Origin: Candidatus Latescibacterota bacterium
GTDB taxonomy: Bacteria > Latescibacterota > UBA2968 > UBA8231
Assembly (NCBI GenBank): GCA_965206595.1
Contig: OZ242214.1
Span: forward strand, 5,088,001-5,152,000
Length of the DNA stretch: 64,000 nucleotides
Direction of reading: 5' to 3'
The translations under genes were made by a program, and so were the position numbers. Shown here in pieces: positions 51,063 through 61,445 of this stretch; the first letter of the stretch is position 1, and each line of letters opens with the position of its first letter. The notes beneath the pieces were generated by a model. The model saw nothing but the letters and a program-made list of their open reading frames with translations. It made no database searches and was not told the DNA's origin.

Positions 51063-51896
51063 GTGAAAATTTCCTTGATATCGATCGCCCTCGGTCTCGC
51101 CGGTATCTATGCCCTGTACTGCGGCGTGCTGTTCGCCGGACAGCGCGCCATGCTGTTTCCCCGGCACCAGATCTCGGAGCCGGCCGCGGTGGAGCTCGGC
51201 CCCTTCGGCGCGGAAGTGATGCAGGTCGAGACCGGTTTCGGTCAGGTGGAAACCTGGTTCTTCTCGCCGACCACCGGCGGCGACGGACCCTGGCCGACGG
51301 TGGTTATTGCCCACGGCAATACGGAGCTGATCGACCACTACCCGGCGACCTATCCCGAAAAATTCATGCGCTTCCTCGATCTGGGAATGGCGGTGTACCT
51401 GGTGGAGTACCCAGGGTACGGCCGCTCGGACGGGTCTCCTTCCGAGGCAACCGTAACCGAGGGATTCGTCGCCGCCTACGACAAGCTGATCGCAAGGCCG
51501 GACGTCGACGGCGAGCGCATCCTCCTCTTCGGCCGCTCCCTCGGAGGGGGTGCGGCCTGTGCGCTGGCGGCGAAACGGCCGAGCAGAGCGATGATCCTGT
51601 TCTCGACGTTTTCGAGCGTCCGCGACATGGCCGGCGAATTCATGATTCCCCGGTTTCTGGTCCTCGACCCGTTCGACAATCTGGGGGTTGTGCGATCCTA
51701 CCCCTGTCCGGTTCTCGTGCTCCACGGCACCGAGGACCGCTTGATCCCCTACGAGCAAGGGCGGAGATTAGCCGCGGAGGCGGCGCAGGGAACGCTGCTT
51801 ACCTACACCTGCGGCCACGGCGACTGCCCGACCGACTGGGACGACTACTGGAGGCAGGTGGCCGAATTCCTCCGCAAGGCCGATTTCATGGAGTGA
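51063..51896 (+). CDS. Alpha/beta hydrolase with N-terminal membrane anchor
   Basis: HGN, EYPGYGRS.G.PSE, GRSLGG, HGTED, CGH. Confidence 0.9.
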   Translation: MKISLISIALGLAGIYALYCGVLFAGQRAMLFPRHQISEPAAVELGPFGAEVMQVETGFGQVETWFFSPTTGGDGPWPTVVIAHGNTELIDHYPATYPEKFMRFLDLGMAVYLVEYPGYGRSDGSPSEATVTEGFVAAYDKLIARPDVDGERILLFGRSLGGGAACALAAKRPSRAMILFSTFSSVRDMAGEFMIPRFLVLDPFDNLGVVRSYPCPVLVLHGTEDRLIPYEQGRRLAAEAAQGTLLTYTCGHGDCPTDWDDYWRQVAEFLRKADFME

Positions 51897-51911
51897 AAAG
51901 GAGACTACCCC

Positions 51912-52769
51912 ATGCGATTTACCGCCGAGCAGGTGCAGGATTACCATCGCGATGGCTTTGCATTTCTCGAAGGCTTTCTGTCCCCTCGGGAAGTTCAGGA
52001 ACTTCTCGACGACGTCGGATCGATCTGCGCCGGCAACACCCTCGCAGACCACGACGAGGCACGCATGGAGATGGAGCCGAACCAGCCCCCGGACGGCAAC
52101 AGCGTGCGGCGTCTGTACGAGCCCTGCTCCCACTACCCGCGCTTTCGGGACCTCTCGCAGTCCGAGAAGCTCCTCGACTGCCTGGAGCAGCTCCTCGGCC
52201 CCGACATTCTCTTCCACTACAGCAAGCTCAACATGAAGCCGGCTGAAATCGGCTCGGTCGTAGAGTGGCACCAGGACCTTTCTTACTACCCCCTGACCAA
52301 CCGCGACTCGCTGGCGATCCTCTTCTATCTCGACGACACCGATGAAGAGAACGGCTTCCTGCGCATGATCCCGGGCCGCCACCGGGACGACCTTCTGCCT
52401 CATTCGGGGGACCAGTTCTTTCAGGGCCGCGTCACCGAATCGGTGGACGACTCCGGCGCCGTCGGCATCGGTGGAAGGGCGGGAACCGCCATCTTCATGC
52501 ACTGCATGACACCGCACGCCTCGGCCACAAACCGCTCCAACCGCCCCCGTCGCACCCTCATCCTCAGTTACCGCGCCGCCGATGCCTACCCTGTCTACAC
52601 CGGGAAAATGACCCACAAAACCGAGGCCTCGGTGCGGCTCGTCCGCGGCCAGCCCTTGCCGCTGGCCCGCTTCACGATGACCCACTTCCCGATGCCTCTA
52701 TACAAAGGGGGGGTGACCGCCTCGCTCTACGAGCTCCAGGGCCAGGCCCGGAAAGGTGAGACGGGGTAG
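51912..52769 (+). CDS. PhyH family dioxygenase
   Basis: WHQD, YLDD..EENG.L..IPG.H, PHAS..N.S..PRR. Confidence 0.92.
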   Translation: MRFTAEQVQDYHRDGFAFLEGFLSPREVQELLDDVGSICAGNTLADHDEARMEMEPNQPPDGNSVRRLYEPCSHYPRFRDLSQSEKLLDCLEQLLGPDILFHYSKLNMKPAEIGSVVEWHQDLSYYPLTNRDSLAILFYLDDTDEENGFLRMIPGRHRDDLLPHSGDQFFQGRVTESVDDSGAVGIGGRAGTAIFMHCMTPHASATNRSNRPRRTLILSYRAADAYPVYTGKMTHKTEASVRLVRGQPLPLARFTMTHFPMPLYKGGVTASLYELQGQARKGETG

Positions 52770-52804
52770 GGCTTCCGAAGGCCCTGCTCCACTCGCGGAA
52801 CGAG

Positions 52805-54343
52805 ATGGCCGATCCTGCCGGTAGGGGAGGTTTGCGCTGGTGGCCCGCGGCGGCAATCCTCCTTCTCTGTGCCGTCGGCCTGATTGTAAACGGCCTGCAG
52901 GACGTCCCTCACCGCCAGGGCCAGACCTTCGTCGCCTTTCAGATCCTTCTCCTGGGACTCCTCGCTCTCGTCGTCTGGTTGCTCTTCTTCTCGAGGCTGC
53001 CCTGGATCCGGCGGTGGCTGTGCCTCGGCATCGCCGCACTGCTGCTGACCCTTTTCGGGACGCTATTCCGCATCGAGGGGGTCAGCGGCGATTTCATCCC
53101 CATCCTCGCCTGGAGATGGTCCTTCGGCGGTCCCGGACTGCCATCCGGCGCCGCGGGGACAGTCGCGGAATTCAGCGCCAGTTACCCGCAGTTCCTGGGG
53201 CCCGCCCGCAATGCCCGCCTGCACGGCGTACATCTCGATCCGGGGTGGCAACGGCATCCGCCCAGGGAACTGTGGCGGCGCGAGGTCGGGGAAGGCTGGT
53301 CGGCCTTCGCGGTGGCGCGCGGGCGCGCCGTGACCCAGGAACAGCGCGGGCGGCTGGAAACGGCGGTCTGTTACGATCTGCTTTCGGGCGAGGTGGTCTG
53401 GGCCCACGCCGACAGCGCCCGGTATGAATCCACCCTGGCCGGCATCGGACCGCGGGCGACGCCGACGATCGCGGGCGATCGTGTGTACACCCTGGGTGCA
53501 ACCGGCATTCTCAATTCCCTGGACCTCGAGACCGGACGCCTGCGCTGGTCGCGGGACATCATCGACGACAACGACGGGAAAATCCCGACCTGGGGAATCA
53601 GCGCATCCCCCCTGGTTCTCGACAGCCTCGTCGTTGTCAGCGCAGGCGGTGTCGAAGACCGCTCGCTGGTGGCCTACCACGCCGACCGCGGCGACGTCGT
53701 CTGGTCAGGGGGGCGGGACCGCGCCGGGTACAGCTCCCCGTCGCTGGCACTGCTTGCAGGGCGCCGGCAGATCCTGGTCTTTGCCAGCAGGGCCGTGGTC
53801 TCGCATTCGCCGCTGGATGGCGAAGTGTTGTGGCGCGAGCCCTGGCCGGGCGGCACCGAGTGTGTCGCCCAACCCGTTCCGCTTCCCGACGACCGGCTCT
53901 TGGTGTCGAGCGGGTACGGCATCGGCTCCAAGTTGTACGCCGTCGCCTCGACCCCGGATGGTGGTCTGAACGCCTCCCTCAGATGGGAGTCGCCCCGTCT
54001 CAAGGCCAAGTTTACCAACGTCGTGTTCCGCGATGGTTTCATCTACGGACTCGACGACGGCGTTCTCGTCTGCCTCGATCCGGGTTCCGGCAAGCGGCGA
54101 TGGAAGAAGGGCCGCTACGGACACGGTCAGCTCATCCTGGTGGACGATCTGCTGCTGATCCAGGCGGAATCAGGAGAAGTGGTCCTTGTCGAAGCAAACC
54201 CGGAGCAGCATGTCGAACGGGCACGCCTGAAGGCGCTGAACTCGAAAACCTGGAACAACCCTGCACTTGCCGCACCCTATCTGCTGGTTCGCAACAATCG
54301 GGAGGCGGCCTGTTTCGAGCTTCCCCTGCAGGAAGGCGCATAG
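52805..54343 (+). CDS. PQQ-binding-like beta-propeller repeat protein with N-terminal TMs
   Basis: QFLGP.R, GPRATP, SASP, YSSP repeats, TWNNPAL....L.VRN. Confidence 0.85.
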   Translation: MADPAGRGGLRWWPAAAILLLCAVGLIVNGLQDVPHRQGQTFVAFQILLLGLLALVVWLLFFSRLPWIRRWLCLGIAALLLTLFGTLFRIEGVSGDFIPILAWRWSFGGPGLPSGAAGTVAEFSASYPQFLGPARNARLHGVHLDPGWQRHPPRELWRREVGEGWSAFAVARGRAVTQEQRGRLETAVCYDLLSGEVVWAHADSARYESTLAGIGPRATPTIAGDRVYTLGATGILNSLDLETGRLRWSRDIIDDNDGKIPTWGISASPLVLDSLVVVSAGGVEDRSLVAYHADRGDVVWSGGRDRAGYSSPSLALLAGRRQILVFASRAVVSHSPLDGEVLWREPWPGGTECVAQPVPLPDDRLLVSSGYGIGSKLYAVASTPDGGLNASLRWESPRLKAKFTNVVFRDGFIYGLDDGVLVCLDPGSGKRRWKKGRYGHGQLILVDDLLLIQAESGEVVLVEANPEQHVERARLKALNSKTWNNPALAAPYLLVRNNREAACFELPLQEGA

Positions 54344-54436
54344 CCAAGGCTGGTGGTTGTGAAGAGTCCTCGTTCGTCCATGCCCACCTGTCCACGAAGC
54401 GATTACTTCAACCCACTCGTACGGTGAGAGTCAAAA

Positions 54437-55672
54437 ATGAAGGTTACGGCCATCGATATTCACGAAATCCAGTTCAAGTACGTCGACTGGATCGCCTACC
54501 AGCTGAACCATTATTACGGCCCCTCGCGGCGCACGATCTACGAGGTGCAGACCGACGAGGGACTGGTCGGTCTGGGCGAAAGCGGAAATACGGAGCCGCA
54601 GGAAATCATCGACCAGTACATCGGCACCAACCCCTTCGACTGGATGGGAGACGAGACCTGTCTGGGTCTGGGCACGGCGATGTACGACCTGATGGGCAAA
54701 GCGGCCGGCGTTCCGGTCTACAAGCTGATCGGACAGAAGTACCGCTCCTGGGTCCCGGTCGGTAGCTGGACCGTGTCGACGCACCCGGAGCGCATGGCCG
54801 AAGCCGTCGAACAGTACTCCCGCCAGGGATACACCTGGCTCAAGTACCACCTGTCGCCGTTCGAGAACGTCTTCGACCAGACCGAGGCAATGCAGAAGGT
54901 GGCACCCCGGGGATTCCGCATTCACTACGACTTCACGATGCACGGCACCGACGATCACCTGCCCGACCTGCTCGAGCGCCTGTCGGAGTACGAAATCGCC
55001 GGCTGCTTCGAAGATCCGCTGCCCCCCGGTGACATCGACGGCTACATCGATCTGCGCGAGCGCAGCCGGCTGCCGATCGTGCTGCATCACTTTCCGCTGG
55101 GGGCGACCTACGAGATTTTCCGCAAGCCTGCCGATGCCTACATGCTCGGCCATGCCCGCATTGGCGACGCCATCCGCAAGGCCGGACTGTTCGCCGCCGA
55201 CAACAGTCCCTTCATGTTGCAGAACGTCGGGGGCAACATCACGAGGGCGATGACGGTTCACATGATGGCCGCTTTTCCGAGCGCCACCTTCCACTTCTTC
55301 AGCGACTGCGAAACCTGGAAGAGCGACGTCACCAACGAACGGCCAGTGCCGGTCAACGGGTTTCTGAAAGTGTCGGAAAGCCCCGGCCTCGGAGTGTCCC
55401 TCAACAGGGAGGAGCTGGACCGCCTGAAGAACCTCTCCCTGCCGCGGCAGGAGAAGTGGATCGTCAAATCGACGTTCGCCAGCGGCGCGCGCATGTATCG
55501 CATCGCCGACCCGGACCACTCGATTTTCATGGTGCGGCCCGACCTCAGCCGCATCATTCCCATGAGCTACGACTCGCCGATTTCGACCTCCTACTGGGAC
55601 GACGACGGCAGCCCCGAGTACCGGGCGATGTTCGCGCGCCTCGAGCGCGAACAGATGGTGCTGGAGAATTGA
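54437..55672 (+). CDS. Mandelate racemase/muconate lactonizing enzyme family protein
   Basis: TDEGLVGLGE, AMYDLMGK..GVPVYKL.G, KYH, FEDP, PGLGV. Confidence 0.85.
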   Translation: MKVTAIDIHEIQFKYVDWIAYQLNHYYGPSRRTIYEVQTDEGLVGLGESGNTEPQEIIDQYIGTNPFDWMGDETCLGLGTAMYDLMGKAAGVPVYKLIGQKYRSWVPVGSWTVSTHPERMAEAVEQYSRQGYTWLKYHLSPFENVFDQTEAMQKVAPRGFRIHYDFTMHGTDDHLPDLLERLSEYEIAGCFEDPLPPGDIDGYIDLRERSRLPIVLHHFPLGATYEIFRKPADAYMLGHARIGDAIRKAGLFAADNSPFMLQNVGGNITRAMTVHMMAAFPSATFHFFSDCETWKSDVTNERPVPVNGFLKVSESPGLGVSLNREELDRLKNLSLPRQEKWIVKSTFASGARMYRIADPDHSIFMVRPDLSRIIPMSYDSPISTSYWDDDGSPEYRAMFARLEREQMVLEN

Positions 55673-55716
55673 TCGGGGTCGCTGGAACCGGTAGGCCGAA
55701 GTAAGGAGGGCGGTTA

Positions 55717-56652
55717 TCAGCTGCCGCCAGAGAGCCAGTCACGGGGCTTGAGAAACTCTTCGTAGAGCCGCGATTCCGGCGATCCGGCCCCGGGGCGCCA
55801 GTCGTATCTCCAGCGCACCCGGGGGGGCATCGACACGAGGATCGACTCGGTCCGGCCCCCTGATTGTAGGCCGAACAGGGTGCCGCGATCGTAGATGAGG
55901 TTGAACTCGACATAGCGACCGCGGCGGTAGAGCTGAAACTCCCGCTGCTGCTCTCCGTAGTCGGCACGCCTCCGCTTTTGCAGAATCGGCAGGTAGGCAA
56001 CCAGGTACTGCTCCCCCACGCTCCTGATGAAGTCGAAGCTGTTTTCGAACCCGCCATCGTCAAAGTCGTCGAAGAACAGCCCGCCTATGCCGCGCGTTTC
56101 GCCGCGGTGCTTCAGGTAGAAATACTCGTCGCACCACTTCTTGAAGCGGGGATACAGATCCTTTCCGAACGGATCACACGCCGCGCGCGCGCAGCGGTGC
56201 CAGTGCACCGCGTCCTCTTCGAAGCCGTAGTACGGGGTCAAGTCGAAGCCGCCGCCGAACCACCAGGTTGGCTCGCGGTCCTCTTGGGGGAGGGCGACGA
56301 AAAACCGCAGGTTCATGTGGGATGTAGGGGCGTAGGGATTGCGCGGATGCACGATCGCCGAAATACCGACCGCGTCGAAAGCCCCGCCGGCCAGGTGCGG
56401 ACGCCGCGCGGAGGCCGAGGCCGGCAGCTGATCGCCGAGGACGTGGGAGAAGTTGACGCCTGCGCGCTCGATCGTCTCGCCGTCCTCGAGAACCCGCGTG
56501 CAGCCGCAGCCGCCCTGCGGGCGCTCCCATTTCTCCTCCGCGAAGGCGCCGCCATCCTCCGCCTCGAGCGCCTTTGTGAGCCTGTCCTGGAAATCGAGCA
56601 GGAATGCCTGGACAGCGGCCCTGTCGGGGACGGAATCGTCGCTTGGTTTCAT
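55717..56652 (-). CDS. hemF: Oxygen-dependent coproporphyrinogen III oxidase
   Basis: [60 protein letters not shown]. Confidence 0.97.
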   Translation of the reverse strand: MKPSDDSVPDRAAVQAFLLDFQDRLTKALEAEDGGAFAEEKWERPQGGCGCTRVLEDGETIERAGVNFSHVLGDQLPASASARRPHLAGGAFDAVGISAIVHPRNPYAPTSHMNLRFFVALPQEDREPTWWFGGGFDLTPYYGFEEDAVHWHRCARAACDPFGKDLYPRFKKWCDEYFYLKHRGETRGIGGLFFDDFDDGGFENSFDFIRSVGEQYLVAYLPILQKRRRADYGEQQREFQLYRRGRYVEFNLIYDRGTLFGLQSGGRTESILVSMPPRVRWRYDWRPGAGSPESRLYEEFLKPRDWLSGGS

Positions 56653-56749
56653 GAGTTGATCGGCTGCTTTGTTTCAGCTACCCTTGCAGCTCCGTAGACT
56701 GCGTTCGACGCACCACACTGTCAACACGAAAACCGCCGCAACAGTCCGC

Positions 56750-57742
56750 ATGAAGATCGGCACCCGCATCAGTCCCGACTGGCTGGAACGTCCGGAGGAT
56801 CTGCGTTTCCTGAAGCAGACCGGAGTCGACTGCGTCGACATCACCATGCCGCTGGTTCCTGGCTATCGAGAAGCGGGCAGCCGTTTGAGCCGCGAGGGAA
56901 TCGACCAGTGTCTCGAGGTCATCGAGCGAGCCGGCCTGAAGGTCGAACGCATAAACAGCCTTCACGAGGAGACCCTCGACACCTTCCTGGGGCGCGACGG
57001 CTCCGATGTTGAACTCGACGCCCTCGCCCACAACGCCGAGCTGTGCGGGGAGTATCGGTTCCCCGTGCTCGGAGTCCAGTGCTTTCAGGCCCACCTGTTC
57101 GGCGGGCGCCCGCAAGAAACCGTGCACTGGGTCGAAGGGCGCGGAGGTTCCCGCTTCTTCCGCAACGACCTGTCGGAAGCGCTCGACTGCCCGGCGCCGG
57201 ATGGTGCGCCGACCCACGAGGAAATCTGGGAACGCACACTGAAGATCTTCCGAACTGTTGTTCCGATCGCCGAGAGCGCAGGCATCAAGGTGGCCATGCA
57301 CGGCAACGATCCTCCAGTGCCGCGCCTCTGGGGAGTACCGCAGATCCTCTACAACTTCGACGCCTTCGACCGGCTGTTCTCCGAAGTGCCGTCTCCCAGC
57401 AATGGCATGACCTTCTGCGTCGGTACTCGCTACGAGTCCGGGGAGGATGTGCTCGAGGGAATACGCCGCTTCGGCGAGCAGGGGAAGATCTTCCACGTCC
57501 ACTTCCGAAACGTGCACGGAACCATCCCCGAAAACGGCTGGTACGAGGAGCGTTTCCCCGACGAAGGAGATCTGGCGATGGCCGAGGTGGCCAAGGCTCT
57601 GTGGGAGATCGGATACGAGGGGGCCATCGACTACGATCACATCCTGAAACTGTCTACCGACGACGAGCACGGGCGCCAGTACCTTGCCTACTGCGTCGGC
57701 CACATGAAAGGGATTCTCGAAGGGCTCGCAGCCGGCAAGTGA
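56750..57742 (+). CDS. Mannonate dehydratase (UxuA)-like protein
   Basis: VPIAE.AGIK.AMH.NDPP, SPSNG.TFC.G, IFHVHFRNV, E.FPDEG, DH. Confidence 0.8.
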   Translation: MKIGTRISPDWLERPEDLRFLKQTGVDCVDITMPLVPGYREAGSRLSREGIDQCLEVIERAGLKVERINSLHEETLDTFLGRDGSDVELDALAHNAELCGEYRFPVLGVQCFQAHLFGGRPQETVHWVEGRGGSRFFRNDLSEALDCPAPDGAPTHEEIWERTLKIFRTVVPIAESAGIKVAMHGNDPPVPRLWGVPQILYNFDAFDRLFSEVPSPSNGMTFCVGTRYESGEDVLEGIRRFGEQGKIFHVHFRNVHGTIPENGWYEERFPDEGDLAMAEVAKALWEIGYEGAIDYDHILKLSTDDEHGRQYLAYCVGHMKGILEGLAAGK

Positions 57743-57769
57743 AAAGGGCGCGAAGAATCGAGCACTGCC

Positions 57770-59158
57770 ATGACCGATATCATCACTGACCTCAGAGACC
57801 CCCAGATTGTCGCCGGAGCGCTGCGGCGCGCCACCGGGGAGTACGTCGCCCGCCATCCACGGTCCCGCGCTATGTTCGAGCGCGCCCGTCAATCGCTGCC
57901 GGGCGGAAACACCCGCACCGGCGTCAACTACGCGCCGTTTCCTCTTTACGCCGACAGCGGCGAAGGTCCCTACCTGCACGACCTCGACGGACATCGGCTG
58001 CTCGATTTCGTCAACAACGCAACCGCGCTGATTCTCGGACACGCCCACGAGGACGTCGTCGCGGCGCTGCAACAGCAGGTCGCCCGCGGAACGGCTTTTT
58101 CCCGGCCGACTGCTCTCGAGGTGGAGATGGCGGAGCTGCTTCGAGAGCGCATGCCTGCATTCGAAAAAGTCCGCTTCTGCAGCTCGGGAAGCGAAGCGGT
58201 GCTCAACTGCCTGCGCGCAGCCCGTGCCGCCACCGGCAGGAGCTGGACGGCCAAGTTCGAGGGCGCATACCACGGTATCGACGACCATGCCCTGGTCAGT
58301 TACGCCGTTCCCGTCGGCCCCGAACTCGGGCCCGGCGACCGTCCCCGTTCGGTTCCCGGGTCGGAGGGATTGAACGCCGGCGCCGAGGACCATGTTCTCG
58401 TGCTTCCGTTCAACGACGCAGAGGCTGCGGAAAGGCTGATCGAAGCACATGCCGAAAAACTCGCTTCCGTCATTATCGACCCTGTCTCCACGGCAGCCGG
58501 CCTCACTCACCCTGTGGATGGGTTTCTTCAACGGCTCCGGGATATCACGAAACGCCACGGCATACTGTTGATCTTCGACGAGATCGTCAGCTTCCGGGCC
58601 GGCCCGGGGGGTGCGCACACCCTCTACGGAATCCTTCCCGATCTCGTCTGTCTGGGCAAGGTCATCGCCGGTGGAACAGCCGGGGCCGCGTTCGGCGGCA
58701 AAGAAGAGGTGATGGCCCTTTTCGACCCGGGATCCGGTTCCCCGCGCATCTGGCAGTCCGGTACCTTCAACGCCAACCCCATCGCCCTCACCGCCGGCCT
58801 CGTCACCCTGCGCACCATGACCCCGGAAGCCTACGCCGAGTTGCATGAGACGACGGATCGGATCGGCAAATCCCTGCAGTCCTTGTTCGACGAAATCGGC
58901 ATCGCCACCCGGGTGGTGACCATCGGGTCCTTGTTCCGGGTCTACTTCCTGCCTGAAGCCCCCCACAATTACCGCGAGGCCGCCCGGGACGATTCGGCCC
59001 TGCACCAGTGGCTGTTCCTCAGCCTGATCAACCGGGGCGTGTACTGGCGCAACAAGGGGATATGCGGCGTATCCCTTCCGACCGGGCCCGAGCACGTCGA
59101 CTTCCTGACCGATGCGGTTCGCGGCGTGCTGACCGACGGCGACGGTCCGCTGTCGTAG
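57770..59158 (+). CDS. Class III PLP aminotransferase (GSA-aminomutase-like)
   Basis: LPGG, DLDG..LLD, SGSEA, FEGAYHG, LIFDEI.SFR, PLP lysine in LGKVIAGG, SGTFNANP. Confidence 0.9.
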   Translation: MTDIITDLRDPQIVAGALRRATGEYVARHPRSRAMFERARQSLPGGNTRTGVNYAPFPLYADSGEGPYLHDLDGHRLLDFVNNATALILGHAHEDVVAALQQQVARGTAFSRPTALEVEMAELLRERMPAFEKVRFCSSGSEAVLNCLRAARAATGRSWTAKFEGAYHGIDDHALVSYAVPVGPELGPGDRPRSVPGSEGLNAGAEDHVLVLPFNDAEAAERLIEAHAEKLASVIIDPVSTAAGLTHPVDGFLQRLRDITKRHGILLIFDEIVSFRAGPGGAHTLYGILPDLVCLGKVIAGGTAGAAFGGKEEVMALFDPGSGSPRIWQSGTFNANPIALTAGLVTLRTMTPEAYAELHETTDRIGKSLQSLFDEIGIATRVVTIGSLFRVYFLPEAPHNYREAARDDSALHQWLFLSLINRGVYWRNKGICGVSLPTGPEHVDFLTDAVRGVLTDGDGPLS

Positions 59159-59167
59159 GAATCAGCC

Positions 59168-60667
59168 ATGTCCGGTCGTATTGCCGTTGGCTCCGTTCTC
59201 ACCGAGAGCAACCACATCGGCGGCTCCCCCATAGACCTCGACTGGTTCGAGCGCTACAATCTGCAGTACAGCGACGAAATGTTGAGCCTGGACTCCGGGG
59301 TAGTGGGAGGAGGGCTGACAGTATTGCGGGAGTCCGGCTGCGACATCGCCCCCTTGCTGAACGCCAGCACCTGCCCGGGCGGTTACCTCACCGCCGCCTG
59401 CTACGACACCCTCAAAAGCGAGCTGCTGCACAGGCTCCGGGATGCGCTTCCTGTCGACGGCGTTCTGCTGCTGTTGCACGGCGCTGCCGCCGCCGAAGGG
59501 TTCGACGACCTCGAGGGGGATCTGATCGCTTCGGTGCGCGATCGCGTGGGGGACGAGGTCCCGATTGTCGCCACCCTGGACCTGCACGCCCACGTGTCAG
59601 CTGCCATGGTTCGCAGTGCCGACGCGCTCGTCGCCTGGGAGACCTACCCGCACCGGGATGCGTTTTCCACCGGACAGCGCGGGGCCCGCCTGCTGGTCGA
59701 CGCCGTCGCCGGGCGCTGCCGCCCGACCATGGCGATGGCCAAAGTGCCGGTGCTCACCGGCGGAGTCCGCGGCTCCACTGCAGCGGACGAACCGTTCGGC
59801 CGCCTGATGAGCTTCGGCAAGCGGTTCGAACAGGCCGACGGAGTGCTTTCGGTCTCCGTTTTCCTCGTCCACCCCTATCTCGACGCTCCCGGAATGGGAA
59901 GCGGGGGCCTGGTCGTCACCGATGGCGACCTCGAAAAAGCGAAGAGGCTGGCGCAACAGATAGCAGATCGATACTGGCAGGCGCGGCGCGATCTCGAGCA
60001 GGAAACCCATTCCCCGGCCGATGCGATCGAACGCGGCCTGCAAACGGCAGGCGGTCCCGTGCTGCTCGTCGAAGCGGCCGATTGCGCCGGCGGCGGAGCG
60101 AGCGGAGACAGCGTTGCGACTCTCAAGGCGCTATTGGCCCTGGGAGACGATGCCCCGGATTCACTGGTTCCCGTCGTCGACCCGGAGGCCGCTGCCCGCT
60201 GTCACGTGGCGGGGGTCGGCACCGAACTCACCCTTGACCTCGGGCACCGCCTCGATCCCAAGTGGGGAAATCCAGTGCAGGTGAGGGGGCGGATCGTGCA
60301 CCTGAGTGACGGCAAGTTCCGTTATTCCGGCGGCATCTGGGACAACGTCGAGGGAGACATGGGCCCGAGCGCAGTGTTCGCCGTCGGCCGTATTCGCGTG
60401 CTTGTCAATACTCACGCCACCTACGACTGGGCGGACGAACAATTCCGCAGCGTCGGCATCGACCCGCTGACCGCCAAATTCGTCGTCGTAAAAAACCCCA
60501 TGAATTTCCGCAACGTCTACGTCGGTGTCGCAGCCGCCCTCTTCGTTCTCGATACCCCCGGCCCCACTCCCGCTTCGGTTCGCAACGTGGCTTTCCGGAA
60601 GCTCCTGCGCCCCTATTTTCCGGTGGACGTCGACATTCCTCATTTGCAGCCGACGATTCTCAGCTGA
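59168..60667 (+). CDS. M81 family metallopeptidase (MlrC-like)
   Basis: ESN, LLLHGA, DDLEGDL, LDLHA, TYPH.D, VVVK. Confidence 0.9.
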   Translation: MSGRIAVGSVLTESNHIGGSPIDLDWFERYNLQYSDEMLSLDSGVVGGGLTVLRESGCDIAPLLNASTCPGGYLTAACYDTLKSELLHRLRDALPVDGVLLLLHGAAAAEGFDDLEGDLIASVRDRVGDEVPIVATLDLHAHVSAAMVRSADALVAWETYPHRDAFSTGQRGARLLVDAVAGRCRPTMAMAKVPVLTGGVRGSTAADEPFGRLMSFGKRFEQADGVLSVSVFLVHPYLDAPGMGSGGLVVTDGDLEKAKRLAQQIADRYWQARRDLEQETHSPADAIERGLQTAGGPVLLVEAADCAGGGASGDSVATLKALLALGDDAPDSLVPVVDPEAAARCHVAGVGTELTLDLGHRLDPKWGNPVQVRGRIVHLSDGKFRYSGGIWDNVEGDMGPSAVFAVGRIRVLVNTHATYDWADEQFRSVGIDPLTAKFVVVKNPMNFRNVYVGVAAALFVLDTPGPTPASVRNVAFRKLLRPYFPVDVDIPHLQPTILS

Positions 60668-60668
60668 C

Positions 60669-61445
60669 ATGGTTTCCAGGCAGATACTGCTTGCGATGCT
60701 GTTCCCGGCCGTTGCCGCTGCCGAAGAGGAACGCCGGACAGCACCCATCCCCGAACCCAAAAGAGCGTCGATCAAACCGCCTCGTGTCGTGGTCACCCTC
60801 GACTATCCGCTGGCTCGCGAGGGAACCGACCGTCTGACCGCGGCAGTGCCGGAGCTTCTCGCGTTTTTCAACGCCGAAATGGGTGGCCGTTTACCGGTCA
60901 CCTGGCGCGAGGAAAGCATGGCAGATCCGCAATTCGCCGGAACTTTGTTGATATACCTTACCGGCAACGCGGCTGATCTCACTGCTTCCGAGACGGCCAA
61001 ATCCAGGCTGGGACAGTACCTGAAAGGTGGCGGCATGCTGTTCGCGGAGGACGTCAGGCCGACCAACCTGCCGGCATGGCGGCGGCGCGGTGCAGGTCTG
61101 GAAGGCACGCCCTTCGACCGCCAGCTCAAGCAATTGATGAAAGACCCGCAGGTGCTCGGAGACGCCGGGGCCAACTGGGAACCGGTTCCCAAGTCCCACT
61201 CGCTCTACGATTGCTACTTCCGCTTCTCGGACGGGCCGCCCCTGTCGGCAGCGCCGATGGGAATGGTCACCCAGCTCGAAATGCTGAAAATCCGCGGGCG
61301 TGTCGGCTTCATCTTCAGCGATCTCAGTATCACTTGGTCTTGGGGAAACCCCGCTGCCCAAAACCACACCCTGGCCACGCAGTTCGGCACCAACCTGCTC
61401 GTCTTTGCCATGACCCGGCAGGCTGCAGGGGCACCCCTCAGATGA
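60669..61445 (+). CDS. DUF4159-like exported protein
   Basis: Signal peptide, YLTG, L.QYL.GGGMLFAED, H.LYDCYF.F, GTNL.VFAM. Confidence 0.7.
   Translation: MVSRQILLAMLFPAVAAAEEERRTAPIPEPKRASIKPPRVVVTLDYPLAREGTDRLTAAVPELLAFFNAEMGGRLPVTWREESMADPQFAGTLLIYLTGNAADLTASETAKSRLGQYLKGGGMLFAEDVRPTNLPAWRRRGAGLEGTPFDRQLKQLMKDPQVLGDAGANWEPVPKSHSLYDCYFRFSDGPPLSAAPMGMVTQLEMLKIRGRVGFIFSDLSITWSWGNPAAQNHTLATQFGTNLLVFAMTRQAAGAPLR

Noticed and set aside
56678-59095. 805-aa minus-strand ORF and similar long antisense ORFs (e.g. 21286-22911, 27086-28546, 18726-19958)
   Set aside because: Shadows of well-supported genes on the other strand in high-GC DNA; no recognisable motifs.
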